Of a DNA stretch of 64,000 nucleotides, positions 1 through 12,903 are shown one piece after another. Both the position numbers and the translations under genes were made by a program. The stretch is from NCBI RefSeq assembly GCF_009914755.1, contig NC_060936.1; one strand, written 5' to 3'. Each line of letters opens with the position of its first letter. Position 1 is the stretch's first letter. The notes beneath the pieces are model-generated. The model had not been told where the DNA came from. It saw only the letters and a program-made list of their open reading frames with translations, and ran no database searches. This DNA comes from the human T2T-CHM13v2.0 reference genome, Homo sapiens.

Positions 1-338
1 CCGTTTCCAACGAAGGCCTCAAAGAGGTCCAAATATCCACTTGCAGACTTTACAAAGACAGTGTCTCCAAACTCCTCCATCAAAAGAAAGGTTATACTCT
101 GTGAATTGAACGCACACATCACAAAGTAGTTTCTGAGAATGATTCTGTCTAGTTTTTATACGAAGATATTTCCTTTTCTACATTTGGCCTAAAAGCGCTT
201 GAAATCTCCACCTGCAAATATCACAAAAAGAGGGTTTCACATCTGCTCTGTCTAAAGGACAGTTCACCTCTGTGAGTTGAATAGAGGCAACACAAGGAAC
301 TTACTCAGTATTCTTCTTTCTAGCATTCTATGAAGAAA

Positions 339-355
339 TCCCGTTTCCAACGAAG
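339..355 (-). promoter_or_regulatory. CENP-B box (representative; one per dimer, every ~340 bp across the window)
   Basis: + strand tcccgtttccaacgaag reads CTTCGTTGGAAACGGGA on the - strand, an exact match to the 17-bp CENP-B box YTTCGTTGGAARCGGGA. It is present in every second monomer. Confidence 0.97.
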
Positions 356-1528
356 GCCCCAAAGAGATCCAAATATCTGCTTGCAGACTTTACAGACAGA
401 GTTTTTCCAAACTGCTCCATCAAAAGAAAGGTTAAACTCCTTGAGTTGAACACACACATCACAAAGTAGTTTCTGTGAATGATTCTGTCTAGTTTTTATA
501 AGAAGATGTTTCCTTTTCTACCTTTGGTCTCAAAGCGATTGAAATCTCCACATGGAAACTCCTCAAAAAGAGTGTTTCAAATCTGCTCTTTCTGAAGGAA
601 GGTTCAACTCTGTGAGTTGAATACACACACCACAAATAAGTTACTGAGAATTCTTCTGTGTAACATTATATGAGGAAATCCCGTTTCCATCGAAGGCCTC
701 AAAGAGGTCCAAATATCCACTTGCAGACTTTACAAAGACAGTGTCTCCAAACTCCTCCATCAAAAGAAAGGTTATACTCTGTGAATTGAACGCACACATC
801 ACAAAGTAGTTTCTGAGAATGATTCTGTCTAGTTTTTATACGAAGATATTTCCTTTTCTACATTTGGCCTAAAAGCGCTTGAAATCTCCACCTGCAAATA
901 TCACAAAAAGAGGGTTTCACATCTGCTCTGTCTAAAGGACAGTTCACCTCTGTGAGTTGAATAGAGGCAACACAAAGAACTTACTCAGTATTCTTCTTTC
1001 TAGCATTCTATGAAGAAATCCCGTTTCCAACGAAGGCCTCAAAGAGGTCAAATATCTGCTTGCAGACTTTACAGACAGAGTGTTTCCAAACTACTCGATG
1101 AAAAGAAAGCTTAAACTCCTTGAGTTGAACGCACACATCACAAAGTAGTTTCTGAGAATGATTCTGTCTAGTTTTTATACGAAGATGTTTCCTTTTCTAC
1201 ATTTGGTCTGAAAGCGATTGAAATCTCCAACTGGAAACTGCACAAATAGGCTGTTTCAAATCTGCTCTGTCTAAAGGAAGGTTCAGCTCTGTGAGTTGAA
1301 TACACACACCACAAATAAGTTACTGAGAATTCTTCTGTCGAACATTACAGGAAGAAATCCCGTTTCCAATGAAGGCCTCAAAGAGGTCCAAATATCCACT
1401 TGCGGACATTACAAACAGTGTGTTTCCCAACTGCTCCATCAAAAGAAAGGTTAAACTCTGTGAGCTGAACACACACATCAAAAAGAAGTTTCTGTGAATG
1501 ATTCTGTCTAGATTTTATAAGAAGATGT

Positions 1529-1545
1529 TTCCTTTTCTACCGTAG
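1529..1545 (+). promoter_or_regulatory. pJ-alpha-like site in the alternate (non-CENP-B-box) monomer (representative, dimer C)
   Basis: ttccttttctaccgtag lies ~170 bp from the CENP-B box at the homologous monomer position and is one mismatch from the pJ-alpha motif TTCCTTTTYCACCRTAG as I recall it. More diverged versions occur in dimers A, B and D. Confidence 0.6.
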
Positions 1546-4500
1546 GCCTCAAAGCGCTTGAAATCTCCAGCTGCAAATTCCACAAAAAGGGTGTTTAACA
1601 TCTGCTCTTCTAAAGGAAAGTTCAACTCTATGAGTTGAATACACACAGCACAAAGAAGTTACTGAGACTTCTCCTATCAAACATTATATGAAGAAATCCC
1701 GTTTCCAACGAAGACCTCAAAGAGGTCCAAATGTCTGCTTGCAGACTTTACAGACAGAGTGTTTCCAAACTGCTCCATCAAAAGAAAGGTTAAACTCCTT
1801 GAGTTGAACACACACATCACAAAGTAGTTTCTGTGAATGATTCTGTCTAGTTTTTATAAGAAGATGTTTCCTTTTCTACCTTTGGTCTCAAAGCGATTGA
1901 AATCTCCACATGGAAACTCCTCAAAAAGAGTGTTTCAAATCTGCTCTTTCTGAAGGAAGGTTCAACTCTGTGAGTTGAATACACACACCACAAATAAGTT
2001 ACTGAGAATTCTTCTGTGTAACATTATATGAGGAAATCCCGTTTCCATCGAAGGCCTCAAAGAGGTCCAAATATCCACTTGCAGACTTTACAAAGACAGT
2101 GTCTCCAAACTCCTCCATCAAAAGAAAGGTTATACTCTGTGAATTGAACGCACACATCACAAAGTAGTTTCTGAGAATGATTCTGTCTAGTTTTTATACG
2201 AAGATATTTCCTTTTCTACATTTGGCCTAAAAGCGCTTGAAATCTCCACCTGCAAATATCACAAAAAGAGGGTTTCACATCTGCTCTGTCTAAAGGACAG
2301 TTCACCTCTGTGAGTTGAATAGAGGCAACACAAAGAACTTACTCAGTATTCTTCTTTCTAGCATTCTATGAAGAAATCCCGTTTCCAACGAAGGCCTCAA
2401 AGAGGTCAAATATCTGCTTGCAGACTTTACAGACAGAGTGTTTCCAAACTACTCGATGAAAAGAAAGCTTAAACTCCTTGAGTTGAACGCACACATCACA
2501 AAGTAGTTTCTGAGAATGATTCTGTCTAGTTTTTATACGAAGATGTTTCCTTTTCTACATTTGGTCTGAAAGCGATTGAAATCTCCAACTGGAAACTGCA
2601 CAAATAGGCTGTTTCAAATCTGCTCTGTCTAAAGGAAGGTTCAGCTCTGTGAGTTGAATACACACACCACAAATAAGTTACTGAGAATTCTTCTGTCGAA
2701 CATTACAGGAAGAAATCCCGTTTCCAATGAAGGCCTCAAAGAGGTCCAAATATCCACTTGCGGACATTACAAACAGTGTGTTTCCCAACTGCTCCATCAA
2801 AAGAAAGGTTAAACTCTGTGAGCTGAACACACACATCAAAAAGAAGTTTCTGTGAATGATTCTGTCTAGATTTTATAAGAAGATGTTTCCTTTTCTACCG
2901 TAGGCCTCAAAGCGCTTGAAATCTCCAGCTGCAAATTCCACAAAAAGGGTGTTTAACATCTGCTCTTCTAAAGGAAAGTTCAACTCTATGAGTTCAATAC
3001 ACACAGCACAAAGAAGTTACTGAGACTTCTCCTATCAAACATTATATGAAGAAATCCCGTTTCCAACGAAGGCCTCAAAGAGGTCCAAATATCTGCTTGC
3101 AGACTTTACAGACAGAGTGTTTCCAAACTGCTCCATCAAAAGAAAGGTTAAACTCCTTGAGTTGAACACACACATCACAAAGTAGTTTCTGTGAATGATT
3201 CTGTCTAGTTTTTATACGAAGATGTTTCCTTTTCTACCTTTGGTCTCAAAGCGATTGAAATCTCCACATGGAAACTCCACAAAAAGAGTGTTTCAAATCT
3301 GCTCTTTCTGAAGGAAGGTTCAACTCTGTGAGTTGAATACGCACACCACAAATAAGTTACTGAGAATTCTTCTGTGTAACATTATATGAGGAAATCCCGT
3401 TTCCAACGAAGGCCTCAAAGAGGTCCAAATATCCACTTGCAGACTTTACAAAGACAGTGTCTCCAAACTCCTCCATCAAAAGAAAGGTTATACTCTGTGA
3501 ATTGAACGCACACATCACAAAGTAGTTTCTGAGAATGATTCTGTCTAGTTTTTATACGAAGATATTTCCTTTTCTACATTTGGCCTAAAAGCGCTTGAAA
3601 TCTCCACCTGCAAATATCACAAAAAGAGGGTTTCACATCTGCTCTGTCTAAAGGACAGTTCACCTCTGTGAGTTGAATAGAGGCAACACAAAGAACTTAC
3701 TCAGTATTCTTCTTTCTAGCGTTCTATGAAGAAATCCCCTTTCCAACGAAGGCCTCAAAGAGGTCAAATATCTGCTTGCAGACTTTACAGACAGAGTGTT
3801 TCCAAACTACTCTATGAAAAGAAAGCTTAAACTCCTTGAGTTGAACGCACACATCACAAAGTAGTTTCTGAGAATGATTCTGTCTAGTTTTTATACGAAG
3901 ATGTTTCCTTTTCTACATTTGGTCTCAAAGCGATTGAAATCTCCAACTGGAAACTGCACAAATAGGGTGTTTCAAATCTGCTCTGTCTAAAGGAAGGTTC
4001 AACTCTGTGAGTTGAATACACACACCACAAATAAGTTACTGAGAATTCTTCTGTCGAACATTACTTGAAGAAATCCCGTTTCCAACGAAGGCCTCAAAGA
4101 GGTCCAAATATCCACTTGCAGACATTACAAACAGAGTGTTTCCAAACTGCTCCATCAAAAGAAAGGTTAAACTCTGTGAGCTGAACACACACATCAAAAA
4201 GAAGTTTCTGTGAATGATTCTGTCTAGATTTTATAAGAAGATGTTTCCTTTTCTACCGTAGGCCTCAAAGCGCTTGAAATCTCCAGCTGCAAATTCCACA
4301 AAAAGGGTGTTTAACATCTGCTCTTCTAAAGGAAAGTTCAACTCTATGAGTTGAATACACACAGCACAAAGAAGTTACTGAGACTTCTCCTATCAAACAT
4401 TATATGAAGAAATCCCGTTTTCAACGAAGGCCTCAAAGAGGTCCAAATATCTGCTTGCAGACTTTACAGACAGAGTGTTTCCAAACTGCTCCATCAAAAG

Positions 4501-6111
4501 AAAGGTTAAACTCCTTGAGTTGAACACACACATCACAAAGTAGTTTCTGTGAATGATTCTGTCTAGTTTTTATACGAAGATGTTTCCTTTTCTACCTTTG
4601 GTCTCAAAGCGATTGAAATCTCCACATGGAAACTCCACCAAAAGAGTGTTTCAAATCTGCTCTTTCTGAAGGAAGGTTCAACTCTGTGAGTTGAATACAG
4701 ACACCACGAATAAGTTACTGAGAATTCTTCTGTGTAACATTATATGAGGAAATCCCGTTTCCAACGAAGGCCTCAAAGAGGTCCAAATATCTACTTGCAG
4801 ACTTTACAAAGACAGTGTCTCCAAACTCCTCCATCAAAAGAAAGGTTATACTCTGTGAATTGAACGCACACATCACAAAGTAGTTTCTGAGAATGATTCT
4901 GTCTAGTTTTTATACGAAGATATTTCCTTTTCTACATTTGGCCTAAAAGCGCTTGAAATCTCCACCTGCAAATATCACAAAAAGAGGGTTTCACATCTGC
5001 TCTGTCTAAAGGACAGTTCACCTCTGTGAGTTGAATAGAGGCAACACAAAGAACTTACTCAGTATTCTTCTTTCTAGCGTTCTATGAAGAAATCCCGTTT
5101 CCAACGAAGGCCTCAAAGAGGTCAAATATCTGCTTGCAGACTTTACAGACAGAGTGTTTCCAAACTACTCTATGAAAAGAAAGCTTAAACTCCTTGAGTT
5201 GAACGCACACATCACAAAGTAGTTTCTGAGAATGATTCTGTCTAGTTTTTATACGAAGATGTTTCCTTTTCTACATTTGGTCTCAAAGCGATTGAAATCT
5301 CCAACTGGAAACTGCACAAATAGGCTGTTTCAAATCTGCTCTGTCTAAAGGAAGGTTCAGCTCTGTGTGTTGAATACACACACCACAAATAAGTTACTGA
5401 GAATTCTTCTGTCGAACATTACAGGAAGAAATCCCGTTTCCAACGAAGGCCTCAAAGAGGTCCAAATATCCACTTGCGGACGTTACAAACAGTGTGTTTC
5501 CCAACTGCTCCATCAAAAGAAAGGTTAAACTCTGTGAGCTGAACACACACATCAAAAAGAAGTTTCTGTGAATGATTCTGTCTAGATTTTATAAGAAGAT
5601 GTTCCTTTTCTACCGTAGGCCTCAAAGCGCTTGAAATCTCCAGCTGCAAATTCCACAAAAAGAGTGTTTAACATCTGCTCTTCTAAAGGAAAGTTCAACT
5701 CTATGAGTTGAATACACACAGCACAAAGAAGTTACTGAGACTTCTCCTATCAAACATTATATGAAGAAATCCCGTTTCCAACGAAGGCCTCAAAGAGGTC
5801 CAAATGTCTGCTTGCAGACTTTACAGACAGAGTGTTTCCAAACTGCTCCATCAAAAGAAAGGTTAAACTCCTTGAGTTGGACACACACATCACAAAGTAG
5901 TTTCTGTGAATGATTCTGTCTAGTTTTTATACGAAGATGTTTCCTTTTCTACCTTTGGTCTCAAAGCGATTGAAATCTCCACATGGAAACTCCACAAAAA
6001 GAGTGTTTCAAATCTGCTCTTTCTGAAGGAAGGTTCAACTCTGTGAGTTGAATACACACACCACAAATAAGTTACTGAGAATTCTTCTGTGTAACATTAT
6101 ATGAGGAAATC

Positions 6112-7469
6112 CCGTTTCCAACGAAGGCCTCAAAGAGGTCCAAATATCCACTTGCAGACTTTACAAAGACAGTGTCTCCAAACTCCTCCATCAAAAGAAA
6201 GGTTATACTCTGTGAATTGAACGCACACATCACAAAGTAGTTTCTGAGAATGATTCTGTCTAGTTTTTATACGAAGATATTTCCTTTTCTACATTTGGCC
6301 TAAAAGCGCTTGAAATCTCCACCTGCAAATATCACAAAAAGAGGGTTTCACATCTGCTCTGTCTAAAGGACAGTTCACCTCTGTGAGTTGAATAGAGGCA
6401 ACACAAAGAACTTACTCAGTATTCTTCTTTCTAGCGTTCTATGAAGAAATCCCGTTTCCAACGAAGGCCTCAAAGAGCTCAAATATCTGCTTGCAGACTT
6501 TACAGACAGAGTGTTTCCAAACTACTCTATGAAAAGAAAGCTTAAACTCCTTGAGTTGAACGCACACATCACAAAGTAGTTTCTGAGAATGATTCTGTCT
6601 AGTTTTTATACGAAGATGTTTCCTTTTCTACATTTGGTCTCAAAGCTCTTGAAATCTCCAACTGGAAACTGCACAAATAGGCTGTTTCAAATCTGCTCTG
6701 TCTAAAGGAAGGTTCAACTCTGTGAGTTGAATACACACACCACAAATAAGTTACTGAGAATTCTTCTGTCGAACATTACTTGAAGAAATCCCGTTTCCAA
6801 CGAAGGCCTCAAACAGGTCCAAATATCCACTTGCAGACGTTACAAACAGAGTGTTTCCAAACTGCTCCATCAAAAGAAAGGTTAAACTCTGTGAGCTGAA
6901 CACACACATCAAAAAGAAGTTTCTGTGAATGATTCTGTCTAGATTTTATAAGAAGATGTTTCCTTTTCTACCGTAGGCCTCAAAGCGCTTGAAATCTCCA
7001 GCTGCAAATTCCACAAAAAGGGTGTTTAACATCTGCTCTTCTAAAGGAAAGTTCAACTCTATGAGTTGAATACACACAGCACAAAGAAGTTACTGAGACT
7101 TCTCCTATCAAACATTATATGAAGAAATCCCGTTTCCAACGAAGGCCTCAAAGAGGTCCAAATATCTGCTTGCAGACTTTACAGACAGAGTGTTTCCAAA
7201 CTGCTCCATCAAAAGAAAGGTTAAACTCCTTGAGTTGAACACACACATCACAAAGTAGTTTCTGTGAATGATTCTGTCTAGTTTTTATACGAAGATGTTT
7301 CCTTTTCTACCTTTGGTCTCAAAGCGATTGAAATCTCCACATGGAAACTCCACAAAAAGAGTGTTTCAAATCTGCTCTTTCTGAAGGAAGGTTCAACTCT
7401 GTGAGTTGAATACACACACCACAAATAAGTTACTGAGAATTCTTCTGTGTAACATTATATGAGGAAATC
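6112..7469 (-). repeat. Representative canonical 8-mer HOR unit (A 6112, B 6452, C 6791, D 7130)
   Basis: Diagnostic motifs are A 'acaaagacagtgtctcc/gaatagaggcaac', B 'actactctatgaaaagaaagctt', C 'gagctgaac/ctaccgtaggcc/ctcctatcaaac' and D 'ctacctttggtc/ccacatggaaac'. Lengths 340+339+339+340 = 1358. Confidence 0.95.
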
Positions 7470-10400
7470 CCGTTTCCAACGAAGGCCTCAAAGAGGTCCA
7501 AATATCCACTTGCAGACTTTACAAAGACAGTGTCTCCAAACTCCTCCATCAAAAGAAAGGTTATACTCTGTGAATTGAACGCACACATCACAAAGTAGTT
7601 TCTGAGAATGATTCTGTCTAGTTTTTATACGAAGATATTTCCTTTTCTACATTTGGCCTAAAAGCGCTTGAAATCTCCACCTGCAAATATCACAAAAAGA
7701 GGGTTTCACATCTGCTCTGTCTAAAGGACAGTTCACCTCTGTGAGTTGAATAGAGGCAACACAAAGAACTTACTCAGTATTCTTCTTTCTAGCGTTCTAT
7801 GAAGAAATCCCGTTTCCAACGAAGGCCTCAAAGAGCTCAAATATCTGCTTGCAGACTTTACAGACAGAGTGTTTCCAAACTACTCTATGAAAAGAAAGCT
7901 TAAACTCCTTGAGTTGAACGCACACATCACAAAGTAGTTTCTGAGAATGATTCTGTCTAGTTTTTATACGAAGATGTTTCCTTTTCTACATTTGGTCTCA
8001 AAGCTCTTGAAATCTCCAACTGGAAACTGCACAAATAGGCTGCTTCAAATCTGCTCTGTCTAAAGGAAGGTTCAACTCTGTGAGTTGAATACACACACCA
8101 CAAATAAGTTACTGAGAATTCTTCTGTCGAACATTACTTGAAGAAATCCCGTTTCCAACGAAGGCCTCAAACAGGTCCAAATATCCACTTGCAGACGTTA
8201 CAAACAGAGTGTTTCCAAACTGCTCCATCAAAAGAAAGGTTAAACTCTGTGAGCTGAACACACACATCAAAAAGAAGTTTCTGTGAATGATTCTGTCTAG
8301 ATTTTATAAGAAGATGTTTCCTTTTCTACCGTAGGCCTCAAAGCGCTTGAAATCTCCAGCTGCAAATTCCACAAAAAGGGTGTTTAACATCTGCTCTTCT
8401 AAAGGAAAGTTCAACTCTATGAGTTGAATACACACAGCACAAAGAAGTTACTGAGACTTCTCCTATCAAACATTATATGAAGAAATCCCGTTTCCAACGA
8501 AGGCCTCAAAGAGGTCCAAATATCTGCTTGCAGACTTTACAGACAGAGTGTTTCCAAACTGCTCCATCAAAAGAAAGGTTAAACTCCTTGAGTTGAACAC
8601 ACACATCCCAAAGTAGTTTCTGTGAATGATTCTGTCTAGTTTTTATACGAAGATGTTTCCTTTTCTACCTTTGGTCTCAAAACGATTGAAATCTCCACAT
8701 GGAAACTCCACAAAAAGAGTGTTTCAAATCTGCTCTTTCTGAAGGAAGGTTCAACTCTGTGAGTTGAATACACACACCACAAATAAGTTACTGAGAATTC
8801 TTCTGTGTAACATTATATGAGGAAATCCCGTTTCCAACGAAGGCCTCAAAGAGGTCCAAATATCCACTTGCAGACTTTACAAAGACAGTGTCTCCAAACT
8901 CCTCCATCAAAAGAAAGGTTATACTCTGTGAATTGAACGCACACATCACAAAGTAGTTTCTGAGAATGATTCTGTCTAGTTTTTATACGAAGATATTTCC
9001 TTTTCTACATTTGGCCTAAAAGCGCTTGAAATCTCCACCTGCAAATATCACAAAAAGAGGGTTTCACATCTGCTCTGTCTAAAGGACAGTTCACCTCTGT
9101 GAGTTGAATAGAGGCAACACAAAGAACTTACTCAGTATTCTTCTTTCTAGCGTTCTATGAAGAAATCCCGTTTCCAACGAAGGCCTCAAAGAGGTCAAAT
9201 ATCTGCTTGCAGACTTTACAGACAGAGTGTTTCCAAACTACTCTATGAAAAGAAAGCTTAAACTCCTTGAGTTGAACGCACACATCACAAAGTAGTTTCT
9301 GAGAATGATTCTGTCTAGTTTTTATACGAAGATGTTTCCTTTTCTACATTTGGTCTCAAAGCGATTGAAATCTCCAACTGGAAACTGCACAAATAGGGTG
9401 TTTCAAATCTGCTCTGTCTAAAGGAAGGTTCAACTCTGTGAGTTGAATACACACACCACAAATAAGTTACTGAGAATTCTTCTGTCGAACATTACTTGAA
9501 GAAATCCCGTTTCCAACGAAGGCCTCAAAGAGGTCCAAATATCCACTTGCAGACGTTACAAACAGAGTGTTTCCAAACTGCTCCATCAAAAGAAAGGTTA
9601 AACTCTGTGAGCTGAACACACACATCAAAAAGAAGTTTCTGTGAATGATTCTGTCTAGATTTTATAAGAAGATGTTTCCTTTTCTACCGTAGGCCTCAAA
9701 GCGCTTGAAATCTCCAGCTGCAAATTCCACAAAAAGGGTGTTTAACATCTGCTCTTCTAAAGGAAAGTTCAACTCTATGAGTTGAATACACACAGCACAA
9801 AGAAGTTACTGAGACTTCTCCTATCAAACATTATATGAAGAAATCCCATTTCCAACGAAGGCCTCAAAGAGGTCCAAATATCTGCTTGCAGACTTTACAG
9901 ACAGAGTGTTTCCAAACTGCTCCATCAAAAGAAAGGTTAAACTCCTTGAGTTGAACACACACATCACAAAGTAGTTTCTGTGAATGATTCTGTCTAGTTT
10001 TTATACGAAGATGTTTCCTTTTCTACCTTTGGTCTCAAAGCGATTGAAATCTCCACATGGAAACTCCACAAAAAGAGTGTTTCAAATCTGCTCTTTCTGA
10101 AGGAAGGTTCAACTCTGTGAGTTGAATACACACACCACAAATAAGTTACTGAGAATTCTTCTGTGTAACATTATATGAGGAAATCCCGTTTCCAACGAAG
10201 GCCTCAAAGAGGTCCAAATATCCACTTGCAGACTTTACAAAGACAGTGTCTCCAAACTCCTCCATCAAAAGAAAGGTTATACTCTGTGAATTGAACGCAC
10301 ACATCACAAAGTAGTTTCTGAGAATGATTCTGTCTAGTTTTTATACGAAGATATTTCCTTTTCTACATTTGGCCTAAAAGCGCTTGAAATCTCCACCTGC

Positions 10401-11544
10401 AAATATCACAAAAAGAGGGTTTCACATCTGCTCTGTCTAAAGGACAGTTCACCTCTGTGAGTTGAATAGAGGCAACACAAAGAACTTACTCAGTATTCTT
10501 CTTTCTAGCATTCTATGAAGAAATCCCGTTTCCAACGAAGGCCCCAAAGAGGTCCAAATATCTGCTTGCAGACTTTACAGACAGAGTGTTTCCAAACTAC
10601 TCTATGAAAAGAAAGCTTAAACTCCTTGAGTTGAACGCACACATCACAAAGTAGTTTCTGAGAATGATTCTGTCTAGTTTTTATACGAAGATGTTTCCTT
10701 TTCTACATTTGGTCTCAAAGCTCTTGAAATCTCCAACTGGAAACTGCACAAATAGGCTGTTTCAAATCTGCTCTGTCTAAAGGAAGGTTCAACTCTGTGA
10801 GTTGAATACACACACCACAAATAAGTTACTGAGAATTCTTCTGTCGAACATTACTTGAAGAAATCCCGTTTCCAACGAAGGCCTCAAAGAGGTCCAAATA
10901 TCCACTTGCAGACGTTACAAACAGAGTGTTTCCAAACTGCTCCATCAAAAGAAAGGTTAAACTCTGTGAGCTGAACACACACATCAAAAAGAAGTTTCTG
11001 TGAATGATTCTGTCTAGATTTTATAAGAAGATGTTTCCTTTTCTACCGTAGGCCTCAAAGCGCTTGAAATCTCCAGCTGCAAATTCCACAAAAAGGGTGT
11101 TTAACATCTGCTCTTCTAAAGGAAAGTTCAACTCTATGAGTTGAATACACACAGCACAAAGAAGTTACTGAGACTTCTCCTATCAAACATTATATGAAGA
11201 AATCCCATTTCCAACGAAGGCGTCAAAGAGGTCCAAATATCTGCTTGCAGACTTTACAGACAGAGTGTTTCCAAACTGCTCCATCAAAAGAAAGGTTAAA
11301 CTCCTTGAGTTGAACACACACATCACAAAGTAGTTTCTGTGAATGATTCTGTCTAGTTTTTATACGAAGATGTTTCCTTTTCTACCTTTGGTCTCAAAGC
11401 GATTGAAATCTCCACATGGAAACTCCACAAAAAGAGTGTTTCAAATCTGCTCTTTCTGAAGGAAGGTTCAACTCTGTGAGTTGAATACACACACCACAAA
11501 TAAGTTACTGAGAATTCTTCTGTGTAACATTATATGAGGAAATC

Positions 11545-12903
11545 CCGTTTCCATCGAAGGCCTCAAAGAGGTCCAAATATCCACTTGCAGACTTTACAAA
11601 GACAGTGTCTCCAAACTCCTCCATCAAAAGAAAGGTTATACTCTGTGAATTGAATGCACACATCACAAAGTAGTTTCTGAGAATGATTCTGTCTAGTTTT
11701 TATACGAAGATATTTCCTTTTCTACATTTGGCCTAAAAGCGCTTGAAATCTCCACCTGCAAATATCACAAAAAGAGGGTTTCACATCTGCTCTGTCTAAA
11801 GGACAGTTCACCTCTGTGAGTTGAATAGAGGCAACACAAAGAACTTACTCAGTATTCTTCTTTCTAGCATTCTATGAAGAAATCCCGTTTCCAACGAAGG
11901 CCCCAAAGAGGTCCAAATATCTGCTTGCAGACTTTACAGACAGAGTTTTTCCAAACTGCTCCATCAAAAGAAAGGTTAAACTCCTTGAGTTGAACACACA
12001 CATCACAAAGTAGTTTCTGTGAATGATTCTGTCTAGTTTTTATAAGAAGATGTTTCCTTTTCTACCTTTGGTCTCAAAGCGATTGAAATCTCCACATGGA
12101 AACTCCTCAAAAAGAGTGTTTCAAATCTGCTCTTTCTGAAGGAAGGTTCAACTCTGTGAGTTGAATACACACACCACAAATAAGTTACTGAGAATTCTTC
12201 TGTGTAACATTTTATGAGGAAATCCCGTTTCCAACGAAGGCCTCAAAGAGGTCCAAATATCCACTTGCGGACATTACAAACAGTGTGTTTCCCAACTGCT
12301 CCATCAAAAGAAAGGTTAAACTCTGTGAGCTGAACACACACATCAAAAAGAAGTTTCTGTGAATGATTCTGTCTAGATTTTATAAGAAGATGTTTCCTTT
12401 TCTACCGTAGGCCTCAAAGCGCTTGAAATCTCCAGCTGCAAATTCCACAAAAAGGGTGTTTAACATCTGCTCTTCTAAAGGAAAGTTCAACTCTATGAGT
12501 TGAATACACACAGCACAAAGAAGTTACTGAGACTTCTCCTATCAAACATTATATGAAGAAATCCCGTTTCCAACGAAGGCCTCAAAGAGGTCCAAATGTC
12601 TGCTTGCAGACTTTACAGACAGAGTGTTTCCAAACTGCTCCATCAAAAGAAAGGTTAAACTCCTTGAGTTGAACACACACATCACAAAGTAGTTTCTGTG
12701 AATGATTCTGTCTAGTTTTTATACGAAGATGTTTCCTTTTCTACCTTTGGTCTCAAAGCGATTGAAATCTCCACATGGAAACTCCACAAAAAGAGTGTTT
12801 CAAATCTGCTCTTTCTGAAGGAAGGTTCAACTCTGTGAGTTGAATACACACACCACAAATAAGTTACTGAGAATTCTTCTGTGTAACATTATATGAGGAA
12901 ATC
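11545..12903 (-). repeat. Variant 8-mer A-D'-C-D (dimer B replaced by D'). Also at 25806, 28522, 32597, 35994, 38711, 42108 and 59764
   Basis: Dimer order read directly: A 11545, D' 11885, C 12225, D 12564. These units have no HindIII site. Unit length is 1359 bp. Confidence 0.92.

Noticed and set aside
679-695. CENP-B box variants ccatcgaag (679 and others) and cgttttcaacg (4413, 18674) as loss-of-binding alleles
   Set aside because: They alter box positions 6 and 9, outside the NTTCGNNNNANNCGGGN core, so they are not counted as disrupted.
5452-5658. 68-aa ORF on the - strand (identical copies at 19713-19919 and 55030-55236)
   Set aside because: It lies wholly in alpha satellite, starts at TTG rather than ATG, exists only because of a 1-bp deletion in dimer C, and has no recognisable domain or gene context.
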